64,000 bases of DNA, from positions 33,492-97,491 of the forward strand of contig JBGARZ010000028.1 of the NCBI GenBank assembly GCA_044229975.1, in the 5' to 3' direction. The notes below the pieces were generated by a model, which worked only from the letters and a program-made list of their open reading frames with translations, searched no databases and had not been told where the DNA came from. Every line of letters begins with the position of its first letter. Positions within the stretch are counted from its first letter, which is position 1. A program made the position numbers and the translations under genes. Below, in pieces: positions 41,840 through 51,475 of the stretch. This DNA is from Polyangiales bacterium (lineage in GTDB: Bacteria; Myxococcota_A; Polyangia; Polyangiales; Ga0077539).

Positions 41840-41940
41840 GCCGCAAGGGCGCGAGGGTCGCAAGGGAAGAGCCATCCGAGGCACAGACCTCCATCCGGTC
41901 TCTCCCTTTCGATCCCTTGCGACCCTCGCGTCCTTGCGGC
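41840..41940. repeat. Intergenic inverted repeat (28-bp arms)
   Basis: GCCGCAAGGGCGCGAGGGTCGCAAGGGA (41840-41867) pairs with 41913-41940, one mismatch. Confidence 0.85.
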
Positions 41941-41998
41941 CGGATCGACCGCAGCCCTTCAACTCTCCGTCGGAAAGCGACTAGCGTCGGTGCACGCC

Positions 41999-43402
41999 AT
42001 GACCCCCGCTGAGCGTGTCGCCGTCGAGTTGGAGCGATCGATCGGCCCCTCGCGGGTGCTCACCGACCCGGAGCTGTGCGCGGGGTACGCGCGCGACGAG
42101 AGCGAGGCGGAGTCGGTGGTTCCGCCATGCGTGGTGCGCGCGGAGACGGTCGGCGACGTGGCGAAGGCGCTGCGGGCGTGCGAGGCGCACGGGGTCGCCG
42201 TGGTGGCGCGGGGCGCTGGGACGGGACGCACGGGCGGTGCGACGGTGGCGGTGCCGAGCGTGGTGGTGGACACCACGGGCCTCGGCGGCATCAAGGACAT
42301 CGACCGCGCCAACGGACTCGCCGTGGTGGGCGTCGGGTTGCGCACGGGCGCGCTGCACGCGGCGGTCGAGAGCGAGGGGTTGTTCTATCCGCCGGACCCG
42401 CAGAGCGCAGAGTGGTGCTGCATGGGCGGCAACCTCGCAGAGAACGCCGGCGGCCCGCGCGCGGTGAAGTACGGCGTCACGCGCGACTGGGTGCTGGGCG
42501 TGGAGGCCGTGCACATCGGCGGCGCGGTGGTGCAGCACGGTCGGCGCACGGCCAAGGGCGTCACCGGCTACGACACCGTCGGGACGCTGGTGGGCAGCGA
42601 AGGGACGCTCGCGGTGTTCACGGAAACGACCCTGCGGCTGACGGCGCTGCCGACGACGGTGCGCGGGGTGCTCGCGGTGTTCGCCGACGCGGTGGCGGCG
42701 GGGCGGGCGGTGGCGTTGCTCTTGTCCACGGGCGCGCGACCGCGGTGCATCGAGCTGCTCGACGCGATCTGCTGCGAGGTGATGCGCGCTGATGATCCGG
42801 CGGTGCTCCCGGCGGGCGCGGGCGCGGCGCTCATCATCGAGGTGGACGGCTTCGACGAGCGGGCCGTGGCGCGCGAGTCCGAGCGCGTGGCGGAGTGCTG
42901 CGTCGCGGCGGGCGCGGTGAGCGCGCAGGAGGCGGCGGACGCGACCGAGCGGGCGGCGCTGTGGGCGGTGCGGCGGGTGATGTCGCGCGCGCTCCGCAAG
43001 CGTGCCGTGCACAAGCTGTCGGAGGACGTGGTGGTGGGGCGGGCGCAGGTGCCCGAGCTCATCGCGCGGGTGCAGGTGATCGCGGCCGACGAGCGCGTGG
43101 TGATGCCGACCTACGGCCACGCGGGCGACGGCAACCTCCACGTCAACCTGTTGTGGGACCGCGACGACCAGCTCCCCGCGGTGCACCGCGCCATCGAGCG
43201 GCTCTTCCGCGCGACGCTCGACCTCGGCGGAACCCTCTCGGGCGAGCACGGCATCGGCGTGATGAAGGCGCCGTACCTCGCGTGGGAGCAGTCCGCCGAA
43301 CTCATCGCCGTGCAGCGGCGCATCAAGGCTGCCTTTGATCCGAAGGGACTGCTCAACCCAGGCAAGATCTTCGGCCCGGCGTCGTCGCACCGCGCCTGTT
43401 GA
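41999..43402 (+). CDS. FAD-linked oxidase, GlcD/D-lactate dehydrogenase family
   Basis: RGAGTG, YPPDP, GGNLAENAGG, KYGVT, GSEGTL, HAGDGNLH, GEHGIG, LNPGK. Confidence 0.93.
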   Translation: MTPAERVAVELERSIGPSRVLTDPELCAGYARDESEAESVVPPCVVRAETVGDVAKALRACEAHGVAVVARGAGTGRTGGATVAVPSVVVDTTGLGGIKDIDRANGLAVVGVGLRTGALHAAVESEGLFYPPDPQSAEWCCMGGNLAENAGGPRAVKYGVTRDWVLGVEAVHIGGAVVQHGRRTAKGVTGYDTVGTLVGSEGTLAVFTETTLRLTALPTTVRGVLAVFADAVAAGRAVALLLSTGARPRCIELLDAICCEVMRADDPAVLPAGAGAALIIEVDGFDERAVARESERVAECCVAAGAVSAQEAADATERAALWAVRRVMSRALRKRAVHKLSEDVVVGRAQVPELIARVQVIAADERVVMPTYGHAGDGNLHVNLLWDRDDQLPAVHRAIERLFRATLDLGGTLSGEHGIGVMKAPYLAWEQSAELIAVQRRIKAAFDPKGLLNPGKIFGPASSHRAC

Positions 43403-43454
43403 GACGGCCGTCGTGCGCTCGACGGCCTCGCGTCGCTGGGGCACGATCGACGCC

Positions 43455-44018
43455 ATGCGCCACTCCCCCCGTCAGCATCGCCCGCCGCGTTCGTCGTCCC
43501 CGTCGGGCGACGCCTTCTACCGACGCCCGTCCGGCTCTGGGTCATCGGGGCAGGGGCGACGGCCCGACCCGGAGCAGCAGTTCACCCACGCAGCCGATCA
43601 CAGTCACGACCACGACCACGACCACGACCACAGCCACGACCACGACCACAGTCACGACCACGACCATGGACATGCCCATGAGCATCGCGAGGTCGACGCC
43701 CATGCTGGGCATCACCTGGAGCATCACCGCGACGCGGTCGAACACCATCATCACGGCGACGGGCATCACCACCACGCGGGCGGCGATCGTCCGCATGAGC
43801 ACCGCGGTCGGGACGAGGAGGGTCGCGGTCGCTTCGAGATCCCCGACGAGAAGCGCCTCGTCGATCTGATCGTGGCGAGGGTGGCCGAGCGGGTGGAGGA
43901 GATCGTTCAGCGGCGCGTGGAGGACATCGTCGCGCGCCACCTGTCGGCGCTGAACAACCCGGGGCGCGGCGATCGCGGAAGGGGCTCTAGCGGCGGCGAC
44001 CGCGGCGGGGGAGGGTGA
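43455..44018 (+). CDS. His-rich low-complexity protein with a C-terminal amphipathic helix
   Basis: (HD/HS)n tract; C-terminal LVDLIVARVAERVEEIVQRRVEDIVARHL. Confidence 0.65.
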   Translation: MRHSPRQHRPPRSSSPSGDAFYRRPSGSGSSGQGRRPDPEQQFTHAADHSHDHDHDHDHSHDHDHSHDHDHGHAHEHREVDAHAGHHLEHHRDAVEHHHHGDGHHHHAGGDRPHEHRGRDEEGRGRFEIPDEKRLVDLIVARVAERVEEIVQRRVEDIVARHLSALNNPGRGDRGRGSSGGDRGGGG

Positions 44019-44379
44019 CCACGCGAGGTGCGGTGGGGTCGGGCCGGAAGGGCTCGACCCCGGCCGGGGCGATGTAGGCGCCGCCGCATGGAGCGCACTC
44101 CGCGATGCACGCCCGGTAGCGCTGCAGGCAGGCCGTCTCGCAGCGCTCGAACTCGATCGGGGGCCGCTGCGCCAGCGTGGTCTGGCAGGTGGTGCGACAG
44201 GCGTTGGCGGGCGTCCCGCACTGCTCGCGCATGCACGTCATGCACGCCTGGCTCTGCGCCGCGCGCGGAGCGGGAGTGACGGCCGGGGTGCTGTTGATGG
44301 GGTCGCGGGCGCTCACCGGAGCGCCGAGCGTGAGGGACGCGAGTGCGAGAGAAGTGACGACGGTCGAGCGAAGGGACAT
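43987..44379 (-). CDS. Small secreted Cys-rich protein
   Basis: Signal peptide; CxxCxxxC helical motifs; its 3' end overlaps the convergent gene. Confidence 0.6.
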   Translation of the reverse strand: MSLRSTVVTSLALASLTLGAPVSARDPINSTPAVTPAPRAAQSQACMTCMREQCGTPANACRTTCQTTLAQRPPIEFERCETACLQRYRACIAECAPCGGAYIAPAGVEPFRPDPTAPRVVTLPRRGRRR

Positions 44380-44436
44380 CGGGCGCCTCCTGCGGCAGAA
44401 CGCTACCACCGAAGGCGCAGACGCGGTGGCGTAGCC

Positions 44437-45339
44437 CTACTCTTCGAGGCTCGCGAGGGCGCGCTCGATGATGCGCTCGCTCTCACGGTCGGCGTAGCCC
44501 AGCGCCGTGGCGAGCTCGCCCAGGGCTTCCTCTTCGTCGTCCGAGAGGTCGTCGTCGGCGGCCGCGACCACCGTCGCGATCTCCAGCGCCTGTCGACGCA
44601 TCGGGCCCGTCCCGATGGCCTCGACGGCCCTCGCCACGAAGGCTTCGTAGTCGGCCTCGATCTCCTCGTCCCACGCGAGCATCTTGGCCTCCAGCTCCTC
44701 CTCGTCGACCTCGTCTCCGAGCAGCTCGCCGAGGGTGTCGACGATGCCGTCGTACTCCTCGTCGGAGAGCTCATCGTCCCAGGTGGCGACCCAGTAGGCC
44801 GCGGCGATGACACCCTCGATGCGGGCCGTGGCCGGGTCGACGTTGCTGTTGTCGGGAGTCGATGAGCGAGCGCCCTTCACGCCGCGCCGCCCTCGCTCCC
44901 AGGTCTCGGCCACCTCGGGCTGCTGCACCAACGCACCCAACACGCGGGCCTTTGGTGAGAGCTTCGCCGACCCGTCGTCCGGTCGATTCACCTTCACCGG
45001 AACGGGGCGGGGAGCGCCCGACCCGATGCGCGGCGAGACCCTCTGGGGCGCGGCCTCGGCGGCAGGAGCGGGCGCACGAACCGGCGCTGCCGCGGCGGGA
45101 GCAGGCGCGGGCGTCGCGACGGGCGCAGGCATTGGCGCGACCGCGGGCACCGGCGCAGCGACCGCGGGCGTCGGCGCGACAGCCTGCGCGGGCCGGGGCG
45201 CGGGGGCAGCGGGCGCGGCGACGGGCGGGTCCTGCGGGTTGGCGGGGTCCACGTTCCAGTGGTTGCAGTAGCCGCAACGGAGGTTGAGGCGGTGAATCAC
45301 CGCGCCGCAGATGGCGCACTTGAAGAGTGGGGTCGACAT
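44437..45339 (-). CDS. Zn-ribbon + Pro/Ala linker + TerB-like domain protein
   Basis: CAICG..CGYC; acidic TerB-like motifs DDELSDEE and ADDDLSDDEEEAL..LA.ALG. Confidence 0.75.
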   Translation of the reverse strand: MSTPLFKCAICGAVIHRLNLRCGYCNHWNVDPANPQDPPVAAPAAPAPRPAQAVAPTPAVAAPVPAVAPMPAPVATPAPAPAAAAPVRAPAPAAEAAPQRVSPRIGSGAPRPVPVKVNRPDDGSAKLSPKARVLGALVQQPEVAETWERGRRGVKGARSSTPDNSNVDPATARIEGVIAAAYWVATWDDELSDEEYDGIVDTLGELLGDEVDEEELEAKMLAWDEEIEADYEAFVARAVEAIGTGPMRRQALEIATVVAAADDDLSDDEEEALGELATALGYADRESERIIERALASLEE

Positions 45340-45451
45340 GGTGGGCCCGACGATAACCTCCGTCGTGCGACGTCGATACGCCTTCGTGCGATGTCCACGG
45401 CCCGGCTGTGGCAGATTCCGGCGCCGCTCTCCACCCCTTGAAGGTCTTGTC

Positions 45452-46411
45452 ATGCGCGTAATGGTCACCGGCGGAGCGGGATACATCGGGAGCGTGGTCG
45501 TCGAGGCCCTGCTCGCGCGCGGCCACCGCGTGGTCGTCCTCGATGACCTGTCAACCGGCCACGCCGACGCCGTCCCGGAGGGCACTCCCCTGGTCGTTGG
45601 TGACCTCCGGCAGGCCGCCACCTGTGAGACGGTTCTTCGCGCCCACGCCGTCGAAGCCGTCGTCCACATGGCGTCGCTCTCGATCGTGGGAGAGTCGGTG
45701 CGCGAGCCCGCTCGCTACCACGAGCACAACGTCGGCGGCGCGCGCAGCCTGCTCGACGCGATGGCGACGTGCGACGTGCGGGCGCTGGTGTTCTCTTCGT
45801 CGGCCGCGGTCTATGCGCCGACACCGGGGCGACTCGACGAGTCCGCGCCGCTCGGCCCCAACAACCCCTACGGCGAGACCAAGCGCGACGCCGAGGCGCT
45901 CATCAACCAGCGCGCATCATCGGGGTCGCTGCGTGCGACGAGCTTGCGGTACTTCAACGCCGCCGGGGCGAGCGCCACCCTCGGCGAGCGCCACGAACCA
46001 GAGACCCACCTCATCCCGCGGGTGCTCGACACCGCCCTCGGTCACCACGACGCGGTCGACCTCTTCGGCGACGACTACCCGACGCGAGATGGGAGCTGCG
46101 TGCGCGACTACGTCCACGTGCTCGACCTCGCCGAGGCCCATGTGCGCGCCATCGACCTGCTCGGCGCGGGGCGCTCGCTGCCGGCGGCGATCAACCTGGG
46201 ATGCGGCGCGGAGGGCTACACCGTGCGCGAGGTCATCGCGCGGGCGCGGGCCGTGACGGGGAGGGAGATTGCGGTGCGGGTGGGGCCGCGGCGGGACGGA
46301 GACCCGGCGGCGCTGGTGGCCTCCATCGGGCTCGCCGAGCGGGCGCTCGACTGGCGCCCGACGCGAGGGCTCGACGCCATGATCGAGAGCGCGTGGCGAT
46401 TGGTCGGCTGA
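45452..46411 (+). CDS. galE: UDP-glucose 4-epimerase
   Basis: VTGGAGYIGS, FSSSAAVY, YGETK, LRYFNAAG, DGSCVRDYVHV. Confidence 0.93.
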   Translation: MRVMVTGGAGYIGSVVVEALLARGHRVVVLDDLSTGHADAVPEGTPLVVGDLRQAATCETVLRAHAVEAVVHMASLSIVGESVREPARYHEHNVGGARSLLDAMATCDVRALVFSSSAAVYAPTPGRLDESAPLGPNNPYGETKRDAEALINQRASSGSLRATSLRYFNAAGASATLGERHEPETHLIPRVLDTALGHHDAVDLFGDDYPTRDGSCVRDYVHVLDLAEAHVRAIDLLGAGRSLPAAINLGCGAEGYTVREVIARARAVTGREIAVRVGPRRDGDPAALVASIGLAERALDWRPTRGLDAMIESAWRLVG

Positions 46412-46420
46412 GCCCGACCG

Positions 46421-47335
46421 TTATCGGCAGCGGGCGTTGATGCAGGTCGAGGGGGCGGTGCAGTCCGCGGTGCGGGCGCACTCGGGGCGCAGCTCCAATG
46501 GGTTGGTGCACAGCAGGTCGGGGCCGCAGGTGTCGAAGGCGACGTCGACGCGCAGGCACTCGGCGATGGTTCCGTTGGGGCAGGCGGCGCGGCAGCTCCC
46601 GCGGCGGCACACGCTCCCGGCGGCGCACTCGGCGTCGCGCTCGCAGAAGCGCCGCGGCGCCGTGTCCACCCGGCAGAACCCCGCGACGCACACCTCGCCC
46701 GCCCCGCACGGCGTCGCCGTCGAGCACGCCGCCACGCACCGGCCGTCGGCGCAGACCGAGCCCGCGGCGCAGTCCGTCGCCCGCGTGCACTGACCGCCCG
46801 TCGTCGTCGGCTCGGTGCAGTACCCGCTCACACACACCTGGCTGCTTGGGCAGGCCGAGGCCGCGCCGCAGCCCGCTAGGCATCGCCCGTCGACGCAGTC
46901 CCGTCCGCCGCCGCAGTCGGTCGCGAACTGGCACACCGCCGTCAGCGCGAGGCACCGACCCGCGAGGCACACCTCCCCGCTCGCGCACTGGGCGTCGGCG
47001 GTGCACTGCGTCGGCGCTACGCACGCGCCCGATCGCACGTCACAGACGAGGCCCGCTCCGGCTGCCGCGCAGTCCCGGTCGAGGGCGCATCGCCCCGTGC
47101 TCGTGGTCGCGTCGGCGGCTCCAGCGTCGACCACGGTCTGTCCGCCCGCGTCCGGTCGGCTCCCAGCGTCCCTCGTCTCGACCTCGCACTCGTCGTCACG
47201 ATCGGGCGGGCGACGGCGCTCTGTCCTCGATCCGCGGTCGTGGTCGTCGCGGTGGCATGGGTCGTCGTCGCAGCCGTCGTGGAAGTGGCAGCCCGTCATC
47301 GCGATCGCGCCCAGCACAAGCATCCATCGGTTCAT
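46421..47335 (-). CDS. Cys-rich repeat lipoprotein
   Basis: MTGC lipobox; repeated C..D.DC..G..C..G.C; GAGGAG RBS. Confidence 0.8.
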   Translation of the reverse strand: MNRWMLVLGAIAMTGCHFHDGCDDDPCHRDDHDRGSRTERRRPPDRDDECEVETRDAGSRPDAGGQTVVDAGAADATTSTGRCALDRDCAAAGAGLVCDVRSGACVAPTQCTADAQCASGEVCLAGRCLALTAVCQFATDCGGGRDCVDGRCLAGCGAASACPSSQVCVSGYCTEPTTTGGQCTRATDCAAGSVCADGRCVAACSTATPCGAGEVCVAGFCRVDTAPRRFCERDAECAAGSVCRRGSCRAACPNGTIAECLRVDVAFDTCGPDLLCTNPLELRPECARTADCTAPSTCINARCR

Positions 47336-47510
47336 CGGTCTCTCCTCGATTGGTGGAAGGACGGGGCGCGTCACGCACCCTCGTCGACTGCCCCATCGCC
47401 CCGACCGGTCGAGTGCCTTCATCGCGAGGCGTCGATTCGCGCGCTCGGACGATTTCGGAGAAGTTCATGAAGGTTCTCCTCCGTCGCGGCGACGGACCAC
47501 GAGCAAGCCC

Positions 47511-48452
47511 ATGCAGCGCCGATCCATCACCGCCCCTGCGATCGTCGCCGCGGCCCTCGTCGCTGGTCGTTCCGCCGCGGCCCAGTCGCCGCCGCCCGCC
47601 GCCTGCCCACCGTCCTTCGAGCTCTCCGAGTCCATTCCTCCGCGCGTCGCGCAGCGCCTCCGCCGCGCGCTCGACCACGCCGCGACCGCGCTTCCCACGC
47701 ACGCCGCTTGTCAGCCCTCGCGCGCCCGCCTCGAATGGAACGCCCGCGAGCTCACCATCCACATCTCCCTCGACGACGGTCGCATCGCGGTGCGCAACCT
47801 GGAGTCCCTCGAAGACCTGCTCCCCACGCTGCTCTCGGTGCTCGCCGTCCCGGCCTCCGATGCGGCGCCCGTCGAGCCCGCTGCCCCGCCCGAAGCTCCC
47901 GTTGCGCCGCCTGCTCCGGTGGTCCCGCCCGCCCCGGCGCCCGTCGTGATCGTGCGCCCGACACCTCCACGGGCGCCTCGCAGCGCGTGGTCGCTCCTCG
48001 TCTCCGGAACCATCGGCGCCACCTACGCGGACAACGATCTGAGCGGACGTTGGACCGCCGAGATCGGCGCCGCCACGCCGCGGATTGCGCTCACCTTGCG
48101 CGCGGGCATGAGCTTCGCGCGTGGCAACAACGACGATGAACGCGACGCTCCACGCTCCGTTCGTCAGGAGGCGCAGGGCCGCACGCAGTCGTTCATGGTC
48201 GTCTCGGCCCGCGCGCGCTGGACCATCGGTCGCTTCACCCTCGAAGCAGGCGGCTTTGGCGGCATCTCCCATGACGCGGCCGCCGAGCCCTCGCGTTGGC
48301 TCCCGCGCCTCGGCATCGAGGCGTCCGCCGGGTGGCGCTTCACCCGCTCGCTCGGCGCCTTCGTCCGCGTGGAGGGCGCGGTCGATGTGGGCGCCGACAA
48401 CCCTCCCGCGTCGGCGCTCTGCCTCGGCCTCACCTGGGAACCCCACCGATGA
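47511..48452 (+). CDS. Secreted protein with probable C-terminal beta-barrel
   Basis: Signal peptide, Pro linker, alternating beta-strands ending LGLTW; ATGA-coupled to the ECF sigma gene. Confidence 0.6.
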   Translation: MQRRSITAPAIVAAALVAGRSAAAQSPPPAACPPSFELSESIPPRVAQRLRRALDHAATALPTHAACQPSRARLEWNARELTIHISLDDGRIAVRNLESLEDLLPTLLSVLAVPASDAAPVEPAAPPEAPVAPPAPVVPPAPAPVVIVRPTPPRAPRSAWSLLVSGTIGATYADNDLSGRWTAEIGAATPRIALTLRAGMSFARGNNDDERDAPRSVRQEAQGRTQSFMVVSARARWTIGRFTLEAGGFGGISHDAAAEPSRWLPRLGIEASAGWRFTRSLGAFVRVEGAVDVGADNPPASALCLGLTWEPHR

Positions 48453-49042
48453 GCCCGCGCGCCCACGCCCGACCGATGCTCGCGCTGGTCCCCGAGGACG
48501 ACGCCGTGCTGCTCCGACGGGTCGCCGCGGGTGACGCCAGCGCGCTCGGCGTCGCCTTCGATCGCTACCACCGCGACGTCTACGCCGTGCTCGCCCGCCT
48601 CCGCGGAACACACCTCGACCTCGACGACCTCGTGCAGACCACCTTCCTCGCGCTCCCCGGCGCCGCCCACAACCATCACCCCGAGTCGTCGGCGCGGTCG
48701 TTCATCATCGGCGTGGCCATCCAGCACGCGCGCCGCGAGCGTCGCAACCTCGTGCGTCGTTGGCGCCTCTGGCAGGCCCATCAGCACGAGCTCGACCTGC
48801 CCCACGACGCCATTGACCCCGAGCGGCAGGCCAGCGACCGGCAGGACATGGCGGCCTTCGAGCGGGCCCTCGCCGGGCTCTCGCACGCGCAGCGCGAGGT
48901 GCTCGTCCTGCACGAGGTTCAGGGTCTCAAGGGCGAGGAGGTGGCGCAGGCGCTCGGGGTTCCGATCAACACGGTGTGGACGCGGCTGCACCACGCACGG
49001 CTCGCGTTGCGTACCGTCCTCGACGCGCGAGGTGCCTCGTGA
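48449..49042 (+). CDS. ECF RNA polymerase sigma factor
   Basis: DDLVQTTF; region 4 QREVLVLHEVQGL..EVAQALGVPINTVWTRLHHAR. Confidence 0.92.
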   Translation: MSPRAHARPMLALVPEDDAVLLRRVAAGDASALGVAFDRYHRDVYAVLARLRGTHLDLDDLVQTTFLALPGAAHNHHPESSARSFIIGVAIQHARRERRNLVRRWRLWQAHQHELDLPHDAIDPERQASDRQDMAAFERALAGLSHAQREVLVLHEVQGLKGEEVAQALGVPINTVWTRLHHARLALRTVLDARGAS

Positions 49043-50196
49043 ACACCGCCGCGCTCGCGCCCTGTGACCGCTCGCTCGACGTCGAAGCCGCCTTCGACGG
49101 ACGCCTCGATCCCACCGCCCACACCGCGGCCATCAACCACGCCCGCGGTTGCTCCGCCTGCGAGGCCCACTTCGCCTCGTTGCGCTCGCTGCGCGAGACC
49201 GCGTCGTCACTGCCCGAGGTCGCGCTCGACACTGCGGCCGCGCAACGCGTGCGCGCGGAGGTCATCGCGTCCCTGTCGCGCGCTCGCCCGTCGACCCCGT
49301 GGGTCACCCGCGCCGTCATGGTCGCCGCGGTGCTGGCGATGGCCGTCGTCGGTGTGCGCGTGTCGCGTCGCCCGTCGCCGGTCACGCGCCCGCCCATCGC
49401 CCGCACCGACGGCGTCGACCTCGCAGGTGCAGGTACGCTCCGCCCCGACCCCGGTGCCCTCTACCGCGTCGAGCGCGCCGGGCCCGACACCCGCATCGCC
49501 CTCACCGCCGGAACCATCCACCTCGCGGTGGTGCACCGCCGCCCGACCGAGCGCTTCGTGGTGGCGCTCACCGACGCCGAGGTCGAGGTGCGCGGCACCC
49601 GCTTCGCGGTCGAGGCCCACGAGGGTCATCTGCAAAGGGTTCGCGTCACCGAAGGGCTGGTGGCCGTTCGGTACCTGGGCGCGACCGAGCGCCTCATCGC
49701 CGCGGGTGACTCCTGGGAGCTCCCCACCGCAGTGGTCGCCGAGCCGTCGCCCGTCGTCGCGCCGCCCGTCGTCACCCCGCGCGCCGAGCCATCGCGCGTG
49801 CAGCTCCCATCGCCCGCCTCGCGGGACTTCCGCGCGGGGGCGCTCGCCTATCTACAGGGCGACCCCGCGGCCGCTGCGACTTCCCTCCGCCGCTTCCTCG
49901 CAGCGTCACCCGCGAGCGACGCCCGCCGCGAAGACGCTCGCTACGTGCTGGTGCTCGCGCTCGACGCCACCCGCGACGCCTTGATGGAACGCGCGGCCCG
50001 CGACTACCTCACCGAGTTCCCCCGCGGGGTGCGGCGCGCGGAGGTCACCCTGCGACTCACCGTGCGTCTCGCTCGTCGTGGCGCCTGCGACGCGGCCGCC
50101 ACCGTCGCGCTTGGCATGCCCGAAAACGCCGAAGCCTCGCTCCGCACCCAGGCCGCGCAGGCGCTGTCCCGCTGCGCGAGCGCTGGGTCCGACTGA
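49039..50196 (+). CDS. FecR-domain anti-sigma factor (zf-HC2, TM, FecR, TPR-like)
   Basis: HARGCSAC, one TM helix, VEVRGTRFAV..VTEGLVAV, YLTEFPRG. Confidence 0.85.
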   Translation: MNTAALAPCDRSLDVEAAFDGRLDPTAHTAAINHARGCSACEAHFASLRSLRETASSLPEVALDTAAAQRVRAEVIASLSRARPSTPWVTRAVMVAAVLAMAVVGVRVSRRPSPVTRPPIARTDGVDLAGAGTLRPDPGALYRVERAGPDTRIALTAGTIHLAVVHRRPTERFVVALTDAEVEVRGTRFAVEAHEGHLQRVRVTEGLVAVRYLGATERLIAAGDSWELPTAVVAEPSPVVAPPVVTPRAEPSRVQLPSPASRDFRAGALAYLQGDPAAAATSLRRFLAASPASDARREDARYVLVLALDATRDALMERAARDYLTEFPRGVRRAEVTLRLTVRLARRGACDAAATVALGMPENAEASLRTQAAQALSRCASAGSD

Positions 50197-50249
50197 CCGC
50201 TGCCTCCTCCGATGGACACCCGCCGCCCCGGCGTGCGATTTCGTCCGCC

Positions 50250-51467
50250 ATGGCACTCGTCCGACCGTTTCGCGCGCTGCGCCCACCGGCCGCCATCGCC
50301 GCCCGCGTCGCATCGCCCCCGTACGACGTCGTCAACACCCGCGAGGCCCGCGCGCTCGCGGCGGGCAACCCTGACAGCTTCCTCCGCGTCGCCCGCCCCG
50401 AGGTCGACCTCCCGCCCGGAACCGACGAGCACGCCGACGAGGTCTACACCCAGGGCGCGCGCAACCTCGCCGAGTTCACCGCGCGTGGCGTGCTCGTCGC
50501 CGACCCCGCGGCGCGTCTCTACGTCTACGCGCAGACCATGGGCGCCCACCACCAGGTCGGCCTCGTGGGCTGCGTGTCCGTCGAGGAGTACGACCGCGAC
50601 ATCATCCGCAAACACGAGAAGACCCGCGCTGACAAAGAGGACGATCGCACCCGCCACATCGACACCCTCGGCGCCCACGACGAGCCGGTGTTTCTCGCCT
50701 ATCGCGCGCGTCCCGACATCGACGCGATGGTCGCCGCCATCACGGCCACCGCGCCCGACACCGACCTCACCACGGACGATGGCATCCGCCACACCGTGTG
50801 GGTCCCGACGGCGGCGCAGTCCGACGCGCTCGTGCGCGCGCTGGTCGCGGTGCCCAACCTCTACGTGGCCGACGGGCACCACCGCAGCGCGGCGTCGTCG
50901 CGGGTTCACGCGAAGCGCCAGGGCATGTCGGGCCAGCACAACGCCTTCCTCGCGGTGCTCTTCCCCGACGCGCAGCTCCAGATCCTCGCGTACCACCGGC
51001 TGGTTCGCGATCGACAGGGGCGCTCGCCCGAGGCGCTGCTCGCGGCGCTGATGGACGTGTGCTCCATCGAGCCCGCCGAGCGAGCCGAGCCGCCCGCGCC
51101 GAAGAGCATGGGCTTCTTCCTCGACGGCCGCTGGTACCTCGCGACGGTGCGCCCCGGCCTCTGGGACAACACCGACCCGGTGGCCTCGCTCGACGCCTCG
51201 CTCTGCCAGGACCTCATCCTCGATCGGGTGTTTGGCATCACCGACCCGCGCCGCGACGACCACGTCGACTTCGTCGGCGGCATCCGCGGAACGGGCGAGC
51301 TCGAACGCCGCGTCCGCGAAGAGGGCTGGTCGCTGGCCATCGCGATGTACCCGACCGCCATCAGCGAGCTGCTCGCGGTGAGCGACGCCGGTCGCCTGAT
51401 GCCGCCCAAGAGCACGTGGTTCGAGCCCAAGCTGCGGAGCGGCCTCTTCGTGCATTCGATGGAGTGA
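50250..51467 (+). CDS. DUF1015 protein
   Basis: PFRALRP, SPPYDV, KHEKT, YVADGHHR, MPPKSTWFEPKLRSGL. Confidence 0.92.
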   Translation: MALVRPFRALRPPAAIAARVASPPYDVVNTREARALAAGNPDSFLRVARPEVDLPPGTDEHADEVYTQGARNLAEFTARGVLVADPAARLYVYAQTMGAHHQVGLVGCVSVEEYDRDIIRKHEKTRADKEDDRTRHIDTLGAHDEPVFLAYRARPDIDAMVAAITATAPDTDLTTDDGIRHTVWVPTAAQSDALVRALVAVPNLYVADGHHRSAASSRVHAKRQGMSGQHNAFLAVLFPDAQLQILAYHRLVRDRQGRSPEALLAALMDVCSIEPAERAEPPAPKSMGFFLDGRWYLATVRPGLWDNTDPVASLDASLCQDLILDRVFGITDPRRDDHVDFVGGIRGTGELERRVREEGWSLAIAMYPTAISELLAVSDAGRLMPPKSTWFEPKLRSGLFVHSME

Positions 51468-51475
51468 GCACCGCG

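Noticed and set aside
43600..43670. CRISPR-like or non-coding tandem repeat (CACGAC)n
   Set aside because: In-frame His-Asp coding repeat with no spacers; no cas genes in the window.
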